In this document: piece after piece, positions 47,873 through 60,049 of the stretch | Numbering within the stretch: the stretch's first letter is position 1 | How the letters are laid out: each line of letters opens with the position of its first letter | NCBI GenBank assembly: GCA_048013815.1 | Contig: CM106585.1 | Span: forward strand, 4,712,001-4,776,000 | Source: Setoptus koraiensis | Lineage: Eukaryota > Animalia > Arthropoda | Direction of reading: 5' to 3' | DNA length: 64,000 nt | Made by a program: the position numbers and the translations under genes | Notes under the pieces: generated by a model | The model's database searches: none | Told to the model about the DNA's origin: nothing | The model's input: the letters and a program-made list of their open reading frames with translations, nothing else

Positions 47873-49090
47873 ATGATTGGTCTCAATAAGATCATTCAGT
47901 CGCTGGTATTGGCTATCCAAGTGATGGAGGTAATTGGAGCCACAGAAAAATGCCTCGAAGAATGTATCATGATGATCACAAGAACCGATTCGTTGAAAGA
48001 GTTTGTAAGTGTGTCGGTGCCGATATTTCTCAATTTTCGTCAGGTAATAGGCGAAAGAGACATGGCAGCTTGCTTGAACAGTCGCAATGATCCAACAATA
48101 GATGTCAACAATCTAAAATATGCCATAGAGCTCGCCGGGACGGCTGACGTTTGTAATTTTGATTATACAACAAAACAGTTGTGCTATTATCATGATGCCA
48201 AAATGGCTGATTATCCAGAGCATCGTCTTAGGAGAATTTTCAAGCATTTTGTCAAGAAAGTTATTAAGAAATGTCTGCAAGTTTTGCCAGATAAAATTCT
48301 CGAAGCAGAACAAGCTAAAGATTTCACGCATAGCCTAGCTAGTGTCAAAGATCTAATTGCTAAAACAAAATCTATTGGTTGGAACGATGATCAAAAGAAG
48401 TCATTGTATGAGCTTGCCAATTATAATATAGAAACGCTGTTGTTGTCCGACGAGATTATGAGCGTTGAATATAGAAAGATACCCACAATTACTAGAGCCT
48501 ATTCTGGCAACGCTTTGACATCGTTGATTAGACTTCGAATAGCTTGTGTAAATTTGTACAAGTATCACCGCGATCCCATTCATAGTATTTATTATTTGGC
48601 ACAACGCGGTTACATAGAACCACTATCCGATTACAATGTCACAGATGATTCCAGAAAAACTCTTAATCATCTTTACCCTTGGCTAGCTGCAGCACAAATG
48701 TGCGAAGTGATGATGCTCATTCAGGTTGCCGTTTTGTTTGATCAAGTTAACGGAACTCAAGAGAAAGCGATTCGTTTTAAAATGTCCACAAAGTTCACGA
48801 GAGATGATGCAGATGAAATCAACTGCAAGCTAGTCAAGTGGCCCAAACTGGACCAGCCCCATAAATACGTCAACCAAACTAAAGTGGTCGAATTGTCTGA
48901 TAGTATAACGGCTGATTTGATTGCACACAAGAGTTTCAAGTTGAAAAGGTGGCTCGAAGTTGTTGGAGTGTCTCAAAAGAAACACTACGCCAAAGAGAAG
49001 AAAAGGATGATTAAATCAATCAGGAATGGCCTTTACAATGAGGAATTCCTACAAAGATTTGTCAACTATGTATACGAGTCCGATCCATAG
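47873..49090 (+). CDS. Putative secreted Cys-containing helical orphan protein, 405 aa, intronless
   Basis: Long ATG-initiated ORF with a signal-like N-terminus (IIQSLVLAIQVMEVIGA|TE) and spaced cysteines; no family recognised. Confidence 0.75.
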   Translation: MIGLNKIIQSLVLAIQVMEVIGATEKCLEECIMMITRTDSLKEFVSVSVPIFLNFRQVIGERDMAACLNSRNDPTIDVNNLKYAIELAGTADVCNFDYTTKQLCYYHDAKMADYPEHRLRRIFKHFVKKVIKKCLQVLPDKILEAEQAKDFTHSLASVKDLIAKTKSIGWNDDQKKSLYELANYNIETLLLSDEIMSVEYRKIPTITRAYSGNALTSLIRLRIACVNLYKYHRDPIHSIYYLAQRGYIEPLSDYNVTDDSRKTLNHLYPWLAAAQMCEVMMLIQVAVLFDQVNGTQEKAIRFKMSTKFTRDDADEINCKLVKWPKLDQPHKYVNQTKVVELSDSITADLIAHKSFKLKRWLEVVGVSQKKHYAKEKKRMIKSIRNGLYNEEFLQRFVNYVYESDP

Positions 49091-49395
49091 GCTATCAAGA
49101 CCTAACGAGAATAGTATCGATGAGAAGGAGTTGCAGCAGTACAGTAAGAAGAGAGATCCTCCAGATTGAGCCCTGACAATTGACTCACCAATTGAATGTT
49201 TGTGTTTTTTCTCATCTACAGCCATCTGCTTTAAAATATTATTTCGAAAGAGCGCCGGTAGTTCTTATGCTCAGAAATGGAAAAGAGTTCCAAGGGCGTT
49301 GCACGGAGGCGAGGTAGGAGGCAAATTGATGGAAAAATTTACGAAAATCTGCCAGTCAAATAATATTAGATTTATTGAGGATGGAGTTATTTGGT

Positions 49396-52213
49396 TCAAA
49401 CAATCGACATTTGTTCGGGTCTCGCTGTGGTCGTTTGTGATAATTTGGGTGGCGCAGCAGTCATGTCCGATTGTTTCCTGGCTTTAAACGGTAACGCCAA
49501 CCGGATCAATCCATCAATAGGATACTCGAAACAAATGTAGGTGACCAGGGCTACTATGAGGCTGTAAATGTAAATGATACAGGTAGTTTCGAACAGTTCA
49601 GGCGGAGGCGATTGAAGTTGTTCGAGTGAAAAGAGCCGAAGAAGCAGTATGAGGACGTGACACAGAAGAATTGAATAGCTCAGTTTAGACAATATATGCC
49701 AGAGTGGTAGTGATAGGAATCTAGCCATTAATGAGTGCTGCTTGTCGGTGATTAGTCTGAGAAGTACAATCGCTTGTAAGAGTGACCAGACCAATCGTTG
49801 CCAAGTGTAAATGAAGAAGAAACGATCTCTTGTGAACACAGTTATTCCATAATTAGCTAGTATTGGATTCCAGTAGTGAAAGGAGGACGTTATTAGTATA
49901 ATAATCGCTGAATTAACAATTGAACCGATATATAAATTGTCGCTCACGAACCATTCGGGCCAGTAGCTTTTCTTCTTGTTTTGTTGGTGCTCGCTAGGCT
50001 GTCTACTGCGGGTGTCGTATAGATACAACTGGTGGCCAAATATGACACTTATGAAAAATGCAAACACTCGCGAAAGAATCGAAGTGTAAGTCAATGAGAG
50101 ATGTTTTATCAGCCTGAATAGGAAAACTATACTCATTGATGACACCTCCTCGTCCGTGATAAAGTCACCGTAAATCGTGCATGCATAATAGCCTATCTGT
50201 AGACTCGACAAGCAGAGAAGTACACACAACAGGTAGGCAAGTCGGTGTTTCCTGATAAAAAATGAAAAGAGTTAGTTGAAATACACATACAGAGATAAGA
50301 CATTAAGAGCTAGCAATCCATTCATCTACTCACCTCACGGTCAGTAGTATGAGGGGCCCTAGAAAAATGGTCGATTGGATATCAACCGAGATCGACCAAG
50401 CTTCAGGTATTGCTGTTTGGAGAAATGCTACCATATTGGAAGTAGTGAGCAAAACCCGAGACCAAGGTTCAACTTTACTGTATGTTAAATGATAGCCTCT
50501 ATGAGAAGTGGCGTAGTCCCAAAGTGGTCCGTGGGAGATGTACTTCATTAGGTATCTGATAAATAACTGACACAGCAAATATAATGGCATCAACCTTAAA
50601 TATCTAGACAAGGTGAACATTGCACAAAATTGGGCCGATCCGAGGAACGACAACGGTTTAATTGTGCCGGATGTTGTTTTCTCTTGCCCTCTTGTCGCTG
50701 CTTTCAATTTCTTCAATGCAAGATACACCATGAGCATTCCCGAAATAACGAACATTGTGTCAATTAACAGATTGGAAGATATGATAAACAAAAATTTGCT
50801 GCTGTCCACTAATTCGCTCGAGGCAAATTCGAATTTATCACGAGCACTCAATATAATATAGAGATAAGAGTGGCCCAATACCACGAAAACAAGCACCATC
50901 GCTTTGATACCTGCCAAAGGATCTAAATTCACGTGATCGCTCCTCCTTTTTGCAAAACCATCCCCATCAGTTTTTTGTTCGTCGCAACGAGAAGCAGAAA
51001 TTATTTTTGGTCTCAATGGTTTCACCAGAAACAGATCGTTTAGCGCTCTCCTCAAACTCAGAGCTTGGACAACGTTGGTGAATTTTGTCCTATTCAGTAT
51101 CCCGTTTGAACGGTTCTTCTTTTTCTTCAAGTTCGAGTGATGCTCGTCTAGGTAGGTGCAAATCAAGAGCAATAGAAACCACATTGCGGCTATGGCAACG
51201 AGAGTTTTCGCTCTCCAATCCATCTGACGCAACGGACTTCTCTCGTCGGGCAAACAATAGGTGTTGTCTAGATACAATTGTTTATTGAAGAACCTGTCTG
51301 GCACATTGACGAGCATAAGTTGTTGAACGAACGCCTTCAATTGCTCGTCTTCATTCAACGACCTAGTGTCGCACGATTCTGGCAAACATAGGCCAAAATG
51401 TATAAATGGCTCGTAATCTGGATTGGCTTTCGGTGCCAATTTCCACTCAGACCAAGCATTTAATTTCGCATTGCCGACACAGTATCTCATTCGGATTTGC
51501 TCACGGTCACCTTGTTTTTCTTCGAGGCGCATTAGGCGAGTGTTCAAACAACTGCTATAGCGCCCAAGGAATGCATTTGTGCCCGTGGAAATCTCTTCAT
51601 TGGATGGACTACCGAAAGTATTGAGATAATTGTTGAACTCGAAAGTGAGTTTGTAACTGTCTCGCGTTTGCTGGTCATTGGAAATATTTTTTGCAAGATC
51701 TTGGTTACTTTGATTACTCTTGCTTTCATTTATATGCTGCGCAATCAATTTGAGGTGTTGATAACATTTTCTTCTGTCGGCTACAGGCAAAGCGCTCGTA
51801 TCTAGCCGATCGTCATCGACGTTTTTACCTTCGCCTGAATTATACTCGAATGTTAGAAGAAAATTCATGGGTATCATGTAGTTGACGTAATAGATTGTGT
51901 CATAGTATTGTCTCTCAATCGATGAGTATTCCACTGATGATTCTTTGGATCCATCAAAGAATACTGAATTGAATTGGTTCAAAAGCATGTCTACTCGATG
52001 AGCTTCTGGATTGTGTTGGTCACCTGTTGCAACATTACTCTGACTGTCGTTTATAATGCGAAACTTTTCTCCTTCAAGTTTTACTGGATCTAATACGGCT
52101 GGCTTGATATCGATGTTTGAGAGTTGCCATAAAATTACATTTTGCACTTGATAGCTCAATATAATTGATGCCATGAAAGCCTGCGAGACAATAGAAGAAA
52201 CGGGTCGCGCCAT
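49396..52213 (-). CDS. NRF-6/OACYL-type O-acyltransferase (luminal NRF domain plus acyltransferase_3 multi-TM domain), 911 aa
   Basis: Exons 52213-50334 and 50251-49396 with an 82-nt GT-AG phase-2 intron. FLGRYSSCL, YC, GLCLPESC, LAGIKAMVLVFVVLGHSY, IDTMFVISGML, RYLRLMP, WSISVDIQ and LSKLSYSILLCH are typical of this family. Confidence 0.9.
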
Positions 52214-52938
52214 GGCGATTATTCAAAAAATGAATGCTAAATATTCGTGTAAGTGAACAGCAATCGACTGACAGTTTTTCTTCATTAGGATGACCGAATT
52301 TCGGCCGCCCAAGATGGGTGGATTCATGGATCGGGTGTGGCAGCCTGGTCGGCCATCCAGCCCGCAACACTGTTCACGACCAGCTATAATTGAAAAAAAA
52401 TGATCAAAATCGAAAAGCGCGAGCGACAAGTAAAACGAGTCGTCCAACGACTCTACAGGGATCTAATGAGAGGTAACGCAACGGATTTAAGAGAACTATC
52501 AAATATTTCGCAACCAACCAATGAAGAGAAGTTGCAACTGGTCGCGTTATCAGTAATAGTCAGTCTGCCGCTGATAATGTTTTTTCCCTTAGTATAAAAT
52601 TCGATGAAGTTTTGAGCAAACATTCGTCTCAGAACTCTTAATGACTGTGATTGAGTAAACCTTCTTCATTCGTCATTGATTGTGTAATATTATTCACAGT
52701 AACCAATCGTACGTGACATGCAAATAGTATGAGAACGATAAGCGAATATGTTTGTGTCGGCATGAGATGTTGTTTATCGTGCTTGTTTTCCGTCTCCAGA
52801 GCTTGATGGTTGTTGCTTTTGCTTTTTCTGCTTTGCCATTTTTTTTTTGATTCGTTGTCGATGCCATTCCGTCGACCGAGTATCGATCACACATTGCAAC
52901 AAGTGCATAGACACGGTATTTACAACAGTTGTGCAAGA

Positions 52939-53925
52939 ATGCAAACTCTTTGGATCATAAATGGGGCCGGATGGTTGATAATCGCTTATTTTTCCCTGTC
53001 CATCATATATCGATTATTGCGTGACTTATGGATATTCAAATTGGGATCCGCACTGGGATATTCCGTCAAATTTGAGCCTCGTGCAAATTCTTGGGCGATC
53101 ATTACCGGTTGCACTGACGGCATCGGTTTGGCTTATGCTAATAAGTTTCACAAGCTTGGCTACAATTTGCTATTGATTAGTCGCAATCAATCAAAATTAG
53201 AAATCGTCAGAGATCAGATGAACGCAAACAATAACAACCAGCAAATTGAGTTACATGCAGCAGACTTCTGTCATCTTAATATCTATGATAACATCGGAGC
53301 TGAAATTAGGAGGATAGTCACACAATACAACGGTCGTATAGATGTTTTAATCAACAATGTGGGCATGTTCTATGATGAACCCGATATCTTTCTCTCACCC
53401 AAAGTGACAAGACACAACGAAATAATGATCAACGTAAACAGTGTTTCATGCTACAAAATGACCTCACTAATATTACCCTATATGCTTGAACAGGGTCACG
53501 GTACAATATTGAACATTTCATCTTTTACTGCGATGTGCCCGAGTCCACTGATATCCATTTATGCTGCCTCAAAATCCTTCGTCGATATGTTTAGTCGCTC
53601 TATAGCTTTAGAGTATTATAGCAAGAATATTATCATACAGTCTGTTGTAGCGGGCTTCGTTGCCACCAAGATGGTTAACTTGAGAAAAACAAATTTATTT
53701 GCACCATCAGCTGAGGAATTTGTGGAATCACATTTGAGAACTGTCGGCCTCGTGACCAGGACGACAGGTTATTGGTCGCACGAGATCATGGCCTACTTTG
53801 TTGAACGTATCATACCGATGGTATTTGGAAATAACATAACACCCACAATTATATACAATCTTGGCAACAGGTACTTCAGACTCCAGAAGCTGAACATAAG
53901 ATCATTTTTTGGGTGGGATTTCTAA
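52939..53925 (+). CDS. SDR, 17beta-HSD12/very-long-chain 3-oxoacyl-CoA reductase (KAR)-like, 328 aa, intronless (copy 1)
   Basis: N-terminal TM segment, WAIITGCTDGIG, LLLISR, LINNVG, NISS and catalytic YAASK. ATG 52939 is supported by the homologous start of the second copy. Confidence 0.92.
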   Translation: MQTLWIINGAGWLIIAYFSLSIIYRLLRDLWIFKLGSALGYSVKFEPRANSWAIITGCTDGIGLAYANKFHKLGYNLLLISRNQSKLEIVRDQMNANNNNQQIELHAADFCHLNIYDNIGAEIRRIVTQYNGRIDVLINNVGMFYDEPDIFLSPKVTRHNEIMINVNSVSCYKMTSLILPYMLEQGHGTILNISSFTAMCPSPLISIYAASKSFVDMFSRSIALEYYSKNIIIQSVVAGFVATKMVNLRKTNLFAPSAEEFVESHLRTVGLVTRTTGYWSHEIMAYFVERIIPMVFGNNITPTIIYNLGNRYFRLQKLNIRSFFGWDF

Positions 53926-54606
53926 GGCCCCGACAATTTTACAGGAATTTCTAGTGCTGAGCTAATGACGCTAAGGAGAACATACTTCGACACGCCATAT
54001 TGTGAGAGAAAAGTTTGAGCTGGGTCGATTGTTCGTCAATTGAGTTGGACCAATCTGAAGATAGTGCTGGAGGGACGAATCGAATCATATTAGACGAATT
54101 ATATTAGGCAATGGTCAAATATTAAATAAATTTATGAAAACAACAACCTGTTCGGGTCGAATAGTTATTTGGTTCAAACCAGCGGCATTTGTTAGAGCTG
54201 TCAGAAACACTATTGTAAAGCTCATCCGAATGAAAAACCAATCGACGGTCGAGAGTCGATAGTTGATCGTTGACCCGTGTGTTTCACACGTTGTGATACA
54301 ATCGTCTTAGAGATAACATATCTAACTCTTGGCTTGGTAGAGCCGTCACTCCTGTGCAAACCAAATACTCCATAACACATGTCTCAAGTGACATTATTAT
54401 TATCAAGTAAAAGGTAAAGATAATTTTCTTAATGATTCAACCGCTGCTCCCATCAAAGCAATAATACACGGCGAAGATAATTGGTAGCAGAGGGAGAGTT
54501 ACGATAAACTAATCGAGAAAAAAATTGTCAACTTGCCAATGCTGTGTTGCATCGGACACTGTCAGTTTTTTTTCTCATTGTTCTATTCTTGTAACTCTCC
54601 CTCCAA

Positions 54607-54968
54607 CAGGGTAACCTAGGGAGTATGAACTCTCAGATTTTTTTATAATTGGTTTATTCATGTAGATCTCGACGAGTTGAGTCTAAATCGGGTAACCGTT
54701 TACCCGTTTTATTCTTTATTCACTGTCAAGACTGGCACTCACAAGTCAGCGATCTGCTTTTATAGCCTCCGCAACGCATTTGGCCGGTCGGCGTGTGCCA
54801 AAAAACGCTTCTGGGAATGCGCAAGGCTCAGAAAAGACCAGAATATTCCAGAAACGAAAAATAAAACGGGTAAATAGTTATCCGGTTCGGGCGCAACTCG
54901 CCGAGATCTACAAGAATAGACCAATTATAAAAAAAAAACGGAGAGTTCATACTCCCTAGATTACCTTG
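54607..54968. mobile_element. MITE-like element (about 362 bp) with about 105-bp imperfect TIRs
   Basis: Left CAGGGTAACCTAGGGAGTATGAACTCTC...TTTACCCGTTTTATT mirrors right AATAAAACGGGTAAA...GAGAGTTCATACTCCCTAGATTACCTTG. No TSD identified. Confidence 0.8.
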
Positions 54969-55432
54969 TCAATTATGAAGTAAATAAATTACTTGGTATC
55001 CCCTCACAATCCAGACAATAACCTACGATCTACGCGCCTCAGTCGGTGAACTGTGTGCTGTTCATTTGCTACTCCCAAGTTCTCCCTCACTCTCCCAAAT
55101 CGCCAGAAAACTGAGGAAAAAGAAAAATTTCAGCTGACGAGAAAAAAAAGTGTGAGCGATTTCGTGACCAACATTGTGGCTAATATCGTGACATTTCTCC
55201 TTATTAAAAGTTTGAAGATGCACGTACATAACCCCCCTGCGATTTAACAATACATTATTAGTGAGTAGACATATAAAGATAATTTTACAATTGATTCAAC
55301 TACTGCTCTCATCAAAACAATCATATACGTCGAGGCCAATCGAGGACACACACACAACCAACAGATAGACGGACACATCTAACCACTAAACAATAAGCTA
55401 GTTTAATTTAGCAATAACAACAATTATTCAAA

Positions 55433-56460
55433 ATGATCATCTTCAGAGATATTATCAGCGATGACGAAATGCTCACTGACGAATACGAAATGAACATAGT
55501 GGACGACTGTCTCTATGAGGTCACTTGTCGATATGTCACAAGAAAAGAGGACCGAATTAAATTGTGCGGTGACGATGGAAGCGATGATGGAGACGACGAT
55601 TCTGAAATCGAAAGCGGACTAGACTTGGTGCTTGATCAACGTCTAATTGAGATCGAAATGGACCAGATCGGCTTCATGCAACATATGAGATACTACCTAA
55701 AAAAGTAAGTATTTCTCTGCAATTTCAACACTTATGTCCATTCTTTTTACGACTACTTCACAATAATGATAACTGTTCTTCATATTCTTCACCATTTACA
55801 TTACATATCTGATCAATTATCCGACATCATGCCATCATCAGTCTGAGTCGTAAATTGGAAGAATCTCACAAATCAGATGCAGAGTTTAAAGAGTCCGCTG
55901 GTAAAATCATGCATGCTGTCAAGCTGATTCAACCCAAACTAAAGGATTGTAAATTCTTCACTGGCCAAAGCGCCAAAGAGGATGCCATGATAGCATTGTT
56001 GGAGTGCAGAAAAAACGCAAACGGTCAAGAAACGCCAATGATGCTTTTCTTCAAGCATGGACTTGACCACCATGAGGTTGAGACCACATCAAGCTTCAAT
56101 CGCTTTATTAAATCGTACATTGCAACGTTAGTATCACCCCACGATTCCATCACTTGTTCACATCTTTTTCACGACTGTTCCGCAATGATGATAACCAATC
56201 TTCATATTTCATAATTAATTATCTGATATTGTGCCAACTTCAGAGTCAATAGTAATTCCAATCAGAGCGACTTCAATGTGGAGATGAGAGAGCTCAAAGA
56301 CAAAATGGCCAACGCTGTCAAGCTGATATTTCCCAAAGCACAGGATTGTAGATTTTTCACTGCCAAAAGCCCGGATGCCAGGGTGGTATTATTGAAATGC
56401 AGAGACGATGCCAACGGTGAGCCAGTCTTGTTTTGCATCAAGCACGGATCTGACATTTAA
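55433..56460 (+). CDS. TCTP: TCTP paralogue 1 with duplicated C-terminal half (3 exons, 257 aa)
   Basis: Exons 55433-55704, 55842-56126, 56244-56460; both introns GT-AG phase 2 and the frame is preserved. TCTP motifs MIIFRDIISDDEM, GLDLV, FFTG, ALLE and FFKHGL; the C-terminal module occurs twice. Confidence 0.8.
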
Positions 56461-56506
56461 AGAGTTAAAAACTAAGCACTGGTTAGCGCTCAATGGTCTA
56501 GACCAC

Positions 56507-56599
56507 TTTCTGCCATTTCTGCCAGAGTATAAACCGTTTCTGCCATTTCTGCCGTTTCTGCCATTTCTGCCGTTTCTGCCATTTCTGCCGTTTCTGCCA
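56507..56599. repeat. 9-bp tandem repeat TTTCTGCCR with alternating A/G
   Basis: Seven contiguous units at about 56537-56599, two more upstream, and inverted copies (GGCAGAAA) just downstream. Confidence 0.9.
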
Positions 56600-57051
56600 G
56601 TATTAGTAGAAAGTGGCAGAAAGTCCGTGTGGTATAAATCATTTCTACCGGCACACTAACGACAACACGATGAAGGGGAAAAGTCTATGAACTTTCTTGC
56701 TGCAAAAGAGGGAAGAGAAGAAAATTTCAACTGATAAGACCGGCTAGCTCCGCTCGCCCGACCCAGAAACAAGGAGTCTCGGTGAAAATCACAAGAATGC
56801 TCAGGTACTAGGACCAGAATCATGTTTCAACTCCTATGGCCTCAAGCCCGTGATTTTAGAAGAGCATGATTGGTGTTCTTTCAACGTTGGCATCTTCGCT
56901 CAACTACAGTGATAATGAAGTAAGTGCTATCGCACATTTCTAGCACTTATTGCCATTCATTTTACGAATGTCCTACAATGATGGTAACACAAGCATCGAA
57001 ATTCGTCCTGCCTCATAACTATTAGTGCGAAATGCGCAATGTGAGCCAGGG

Positions 57052-57980
57052 CGAGTCCTGCTAGTTTCTTCTAGTAAACATTCGCCTCGTAACTCATACT
57101 TCAATTACTTTGATTAAGTCAACTTCTTTCATTAGCGTTAAACCGAACGAGTTGTGTAATATTATTCGCAGTACGATGATATGATAATTTCAAGTGCGAT
57201 GAGTGAGCATGTTTGTGTCGGCATAAGATGTTGCTTATCGTACTTATTTTCAGTTTTCAGAGCTTGATAGTTGCCGCTTTAGCTATTTCAACTTCGTCAA
57301 ATTTTTTTATTGACTCGTCGAAGCTTTCCGTCGTCAGAGCATCGATCGCGTGTTGCAACAGTACATTGAATAAACACTCTGCATTAGCAACAATCATACA
57401 ATAATCCGCACTAGGATATTCCTTTAAATTCTTATTAATGAGCGATCATTTCTATATCGCATTGCTTTCACTTATGCCAGTGAGGTTCACGAGGTAAGTT
57501 ACGAACCGCTCTTGCTCTTATTACGTGGTGAGTGATTATTCCAGTATTTCGAGAGGGCGTAGTCATTTGAGGGTGTGAAGATGTGAAAGTAGATGATCAG
57601 TACCTGAGGAGGAGTTTCATTGATTTAATCGAGAAAAAAGTTGTCGAATTGCAATCTCTATGCTGCATGAGATACTGAATGTACATAAAGTATTCATGAT
57701 GACACGGTTGACACTTTTTGCCCCTCTCCTATATGGCAGTTCCTAGTGAAATTGATTATCTGGAAAATTCATTACAATATTTTATTAGTAAATGGACATA
57801 TGAAGATATTTTCAATATTGATTCAACTATTTCTACCATCAAAGCAATCGTATACGGCGAAGCCAATTGAGGACACACACGTAGCCAACAGATAGACGGG
57901 AGCGCTTAACTATAACAAACTATAACAATAGTCGACACCAATTCAATAATAACAACTATTTTTCAAAATGATCGTCTACA
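57052..57980. repeat. About 930-bp direct repeat of 60557-61519 (upstream blocks of TCTP2 and TCTP4, including a KAR remnant)
   Basis: Near-identical from cgagtcctgctagtttc to ttttcaaaATGATCGTCTACA with small indels; contains atccgcactaggatattcc, which matches the KAR coding sequence. Confidence 0.9.
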
Positions 57981-58559
57981 AAGATATTATCACCGATGAC
58001 CAGATGTTCAGTGACACATACGAAATTAACCTGGTGGACGACTGTCTCTATGAGGTCACAACAAATCGGTCTGCCGATGGCAACTGTCCGGAAGACGGAG
58101 TCGACTTGGTGCAAGGTTTCCGTCTAATGGAGACCGGGTTTGACACAAAAAGCTTCCTCAAACATCTTAAAGACTACAAAATGAAGTAACTATCACCCCA
58201 CATTTCTAGCTTTGATCGTCATTCATCTTACGAACCTTTCACAACGATAGTAACCAATCTTCATATTTCATATATGTCACATATTGATCCATTATACATT
58301 AATTATCCTACATCGTGTCATCTTCAGTCTTCGTGTCCTATTGACAGAAGCCGGTGCAGAGATTCATGATTTTGAACCCCAGGTCCTGCGTGCTATCGAG
58401 CTGATTCGACCCAAATTAGAACATTGTAGATTCTTCACTGGCGAAAGCGGCATTGAGTATGGCATGGTAGCATTGTTGGAGTGCAGAAAAGACGCAAACG
58501 GTCAAGAAAAGCCAATCATGCTTTTCTTCAAGCACGGACTAAAGGCCGTAGAAATTTAA
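57968..58559 (+). CDS. TCTP: TCTP paralogue 2 (2 exons, 149 aa; flexible loop largely deleted)
   Basis: Exons 57968-58185 and 58328-58559, phase-2 GT-AG intron; MIVYKDIITDDQMFSD...GVDLV...FFTGE...MVALLE...FFKHGL. Confidence 0.88.
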
Positions 58560-59418
58560 TTCTTAGTGGCCGTGGAAATATTGCACAGTTTTCGAGGATC
58601 ATTCTCGGCAGAACGTTCCTTCTTTTTTTCGTTATTCTTTGTAAATTAATCAGCATATAGATCATCTCCATCCTACTCCTCGAAAATACAATCGCTCAAT
58701 TCGTCATTTTTCGCAGGTTTGCAACCAAACCTGGGCACTCAGTGGTCCGTGGCACGGGCCCAAACGACACCTCATTCGTGTCTTTGGTCCCGGTCTCTGT
58801 GATATCTCTCTGTTTGGTTGTGACTAATGGTCACTGACCATCAAAACTCATTCTGCAACATAGCAACTATTGATACGAACTGAGTGTTATGAGCCAGAAC
58901 AAAATTCCATAGTTTCTTCCAACGAGCACTCGTCCTATAACTTTGATTGAATCAACTTCTTTTGCTAACCGTAAACCAAATGAGCTGATATGTTTGTGTC
59001 GACTATGTTTTTATTATTACGTGGTTCGTGATTATTCCAGTATTTCGATTGGGCGGAGTCATTTGAGGGTGTGAAGGGATGAAAGATTTGCGTGCGCTCG
59101 AGAAGAAGATAATTAGTACCCGGGGAGGAGTGACATTAATTTAATCGAGAAAAAAGTCATCAAATCGCAATTTCCGTGCGTAATCGGACACTGAATGCAC
59201 ATGTGTATAAAACGGTGGCTCACAATGGAGCCGCCAAGAACACTTTTCGCCGCTCTCCTAGATGGCAGTTTTTTTAACGATTCAACTTTTGCTACCATCA
59301 AAGCAATCATATACGGCGAAGCCAATTGAGGACACACACGTAGCCAACAGGTAGATGGACGCGCTTAACTATTAAACAATAATCGACCTCAATTCAGTAA
59401 TAGTAACAATTTCTCAGA

Positions 59419-60049
59419 ATGATCATCTTCAGAGATATTCTCAGCGATGATGAAATGTTCACTGACGAATACGAAATGAACATAGTGGACGACTGTCTCT
59501 ATGAGATCACTTGTCGATATGTCACAAGAAAAGAGGACCGAATTAAATTGTGCGGTGACGATGGAAGCGATGATGGAGACGACGATTCCGAAATCGAAAG
59601 CGGACTAGACTTGGTGCTTGATAAAAGTCTAATTGAAACCGAATTCGACGTGGACAGCTTTGAGAACTATATCAGAGACTACTTAAAATCGTAGGTATCA
59701 CTCCGCTTTTCCAATTCAATTTTACGAATGTTTCACAATGATGGTAACCATTTCTCATATTTCATATATACTCATATAATTAATTATCTAACATCGAGTC
59801 ATATTCAGTCTCAGTCTTAAATGGAAAGAATTAGGCAAGTCAGATGCAGAAATGAGAGAGGCCAATAAAAAGGTAACCCAAGCTTTCAAGCTGATCCTTC
59901 CCAAAGTAAAGAATTGTAAATTCTTCACCGGTCAAAGCGGCAGATTGAATAACATGGTAGCATTATTGGAGCTCAGAAAAGATGCCAGCGGCCAAGAAAC
60001 GCCAATCATGCTCTTCATCAAGCACGGACTTGAGTCCAATGAAATTTAA
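59419..60049 (+). CDS. TCTP: TCTP paralogue 3 (2 exons, 170 aa; acidic loop)
   Basis: Exons 59419-59690 and 59809-60049, phase-2 GT-AG intron; exon 1 is nearly identical to paralogue 1 over most of its length. Confidence 0.88.

Noticed and set aside
52810-52938. 43-codon upstream extension of KAR copy 1
   Set aside because: The homologous DNA before copy 2 is not open into the gene, and the same sequence recurs as a non-coding module; ATG 52939 is preferred.
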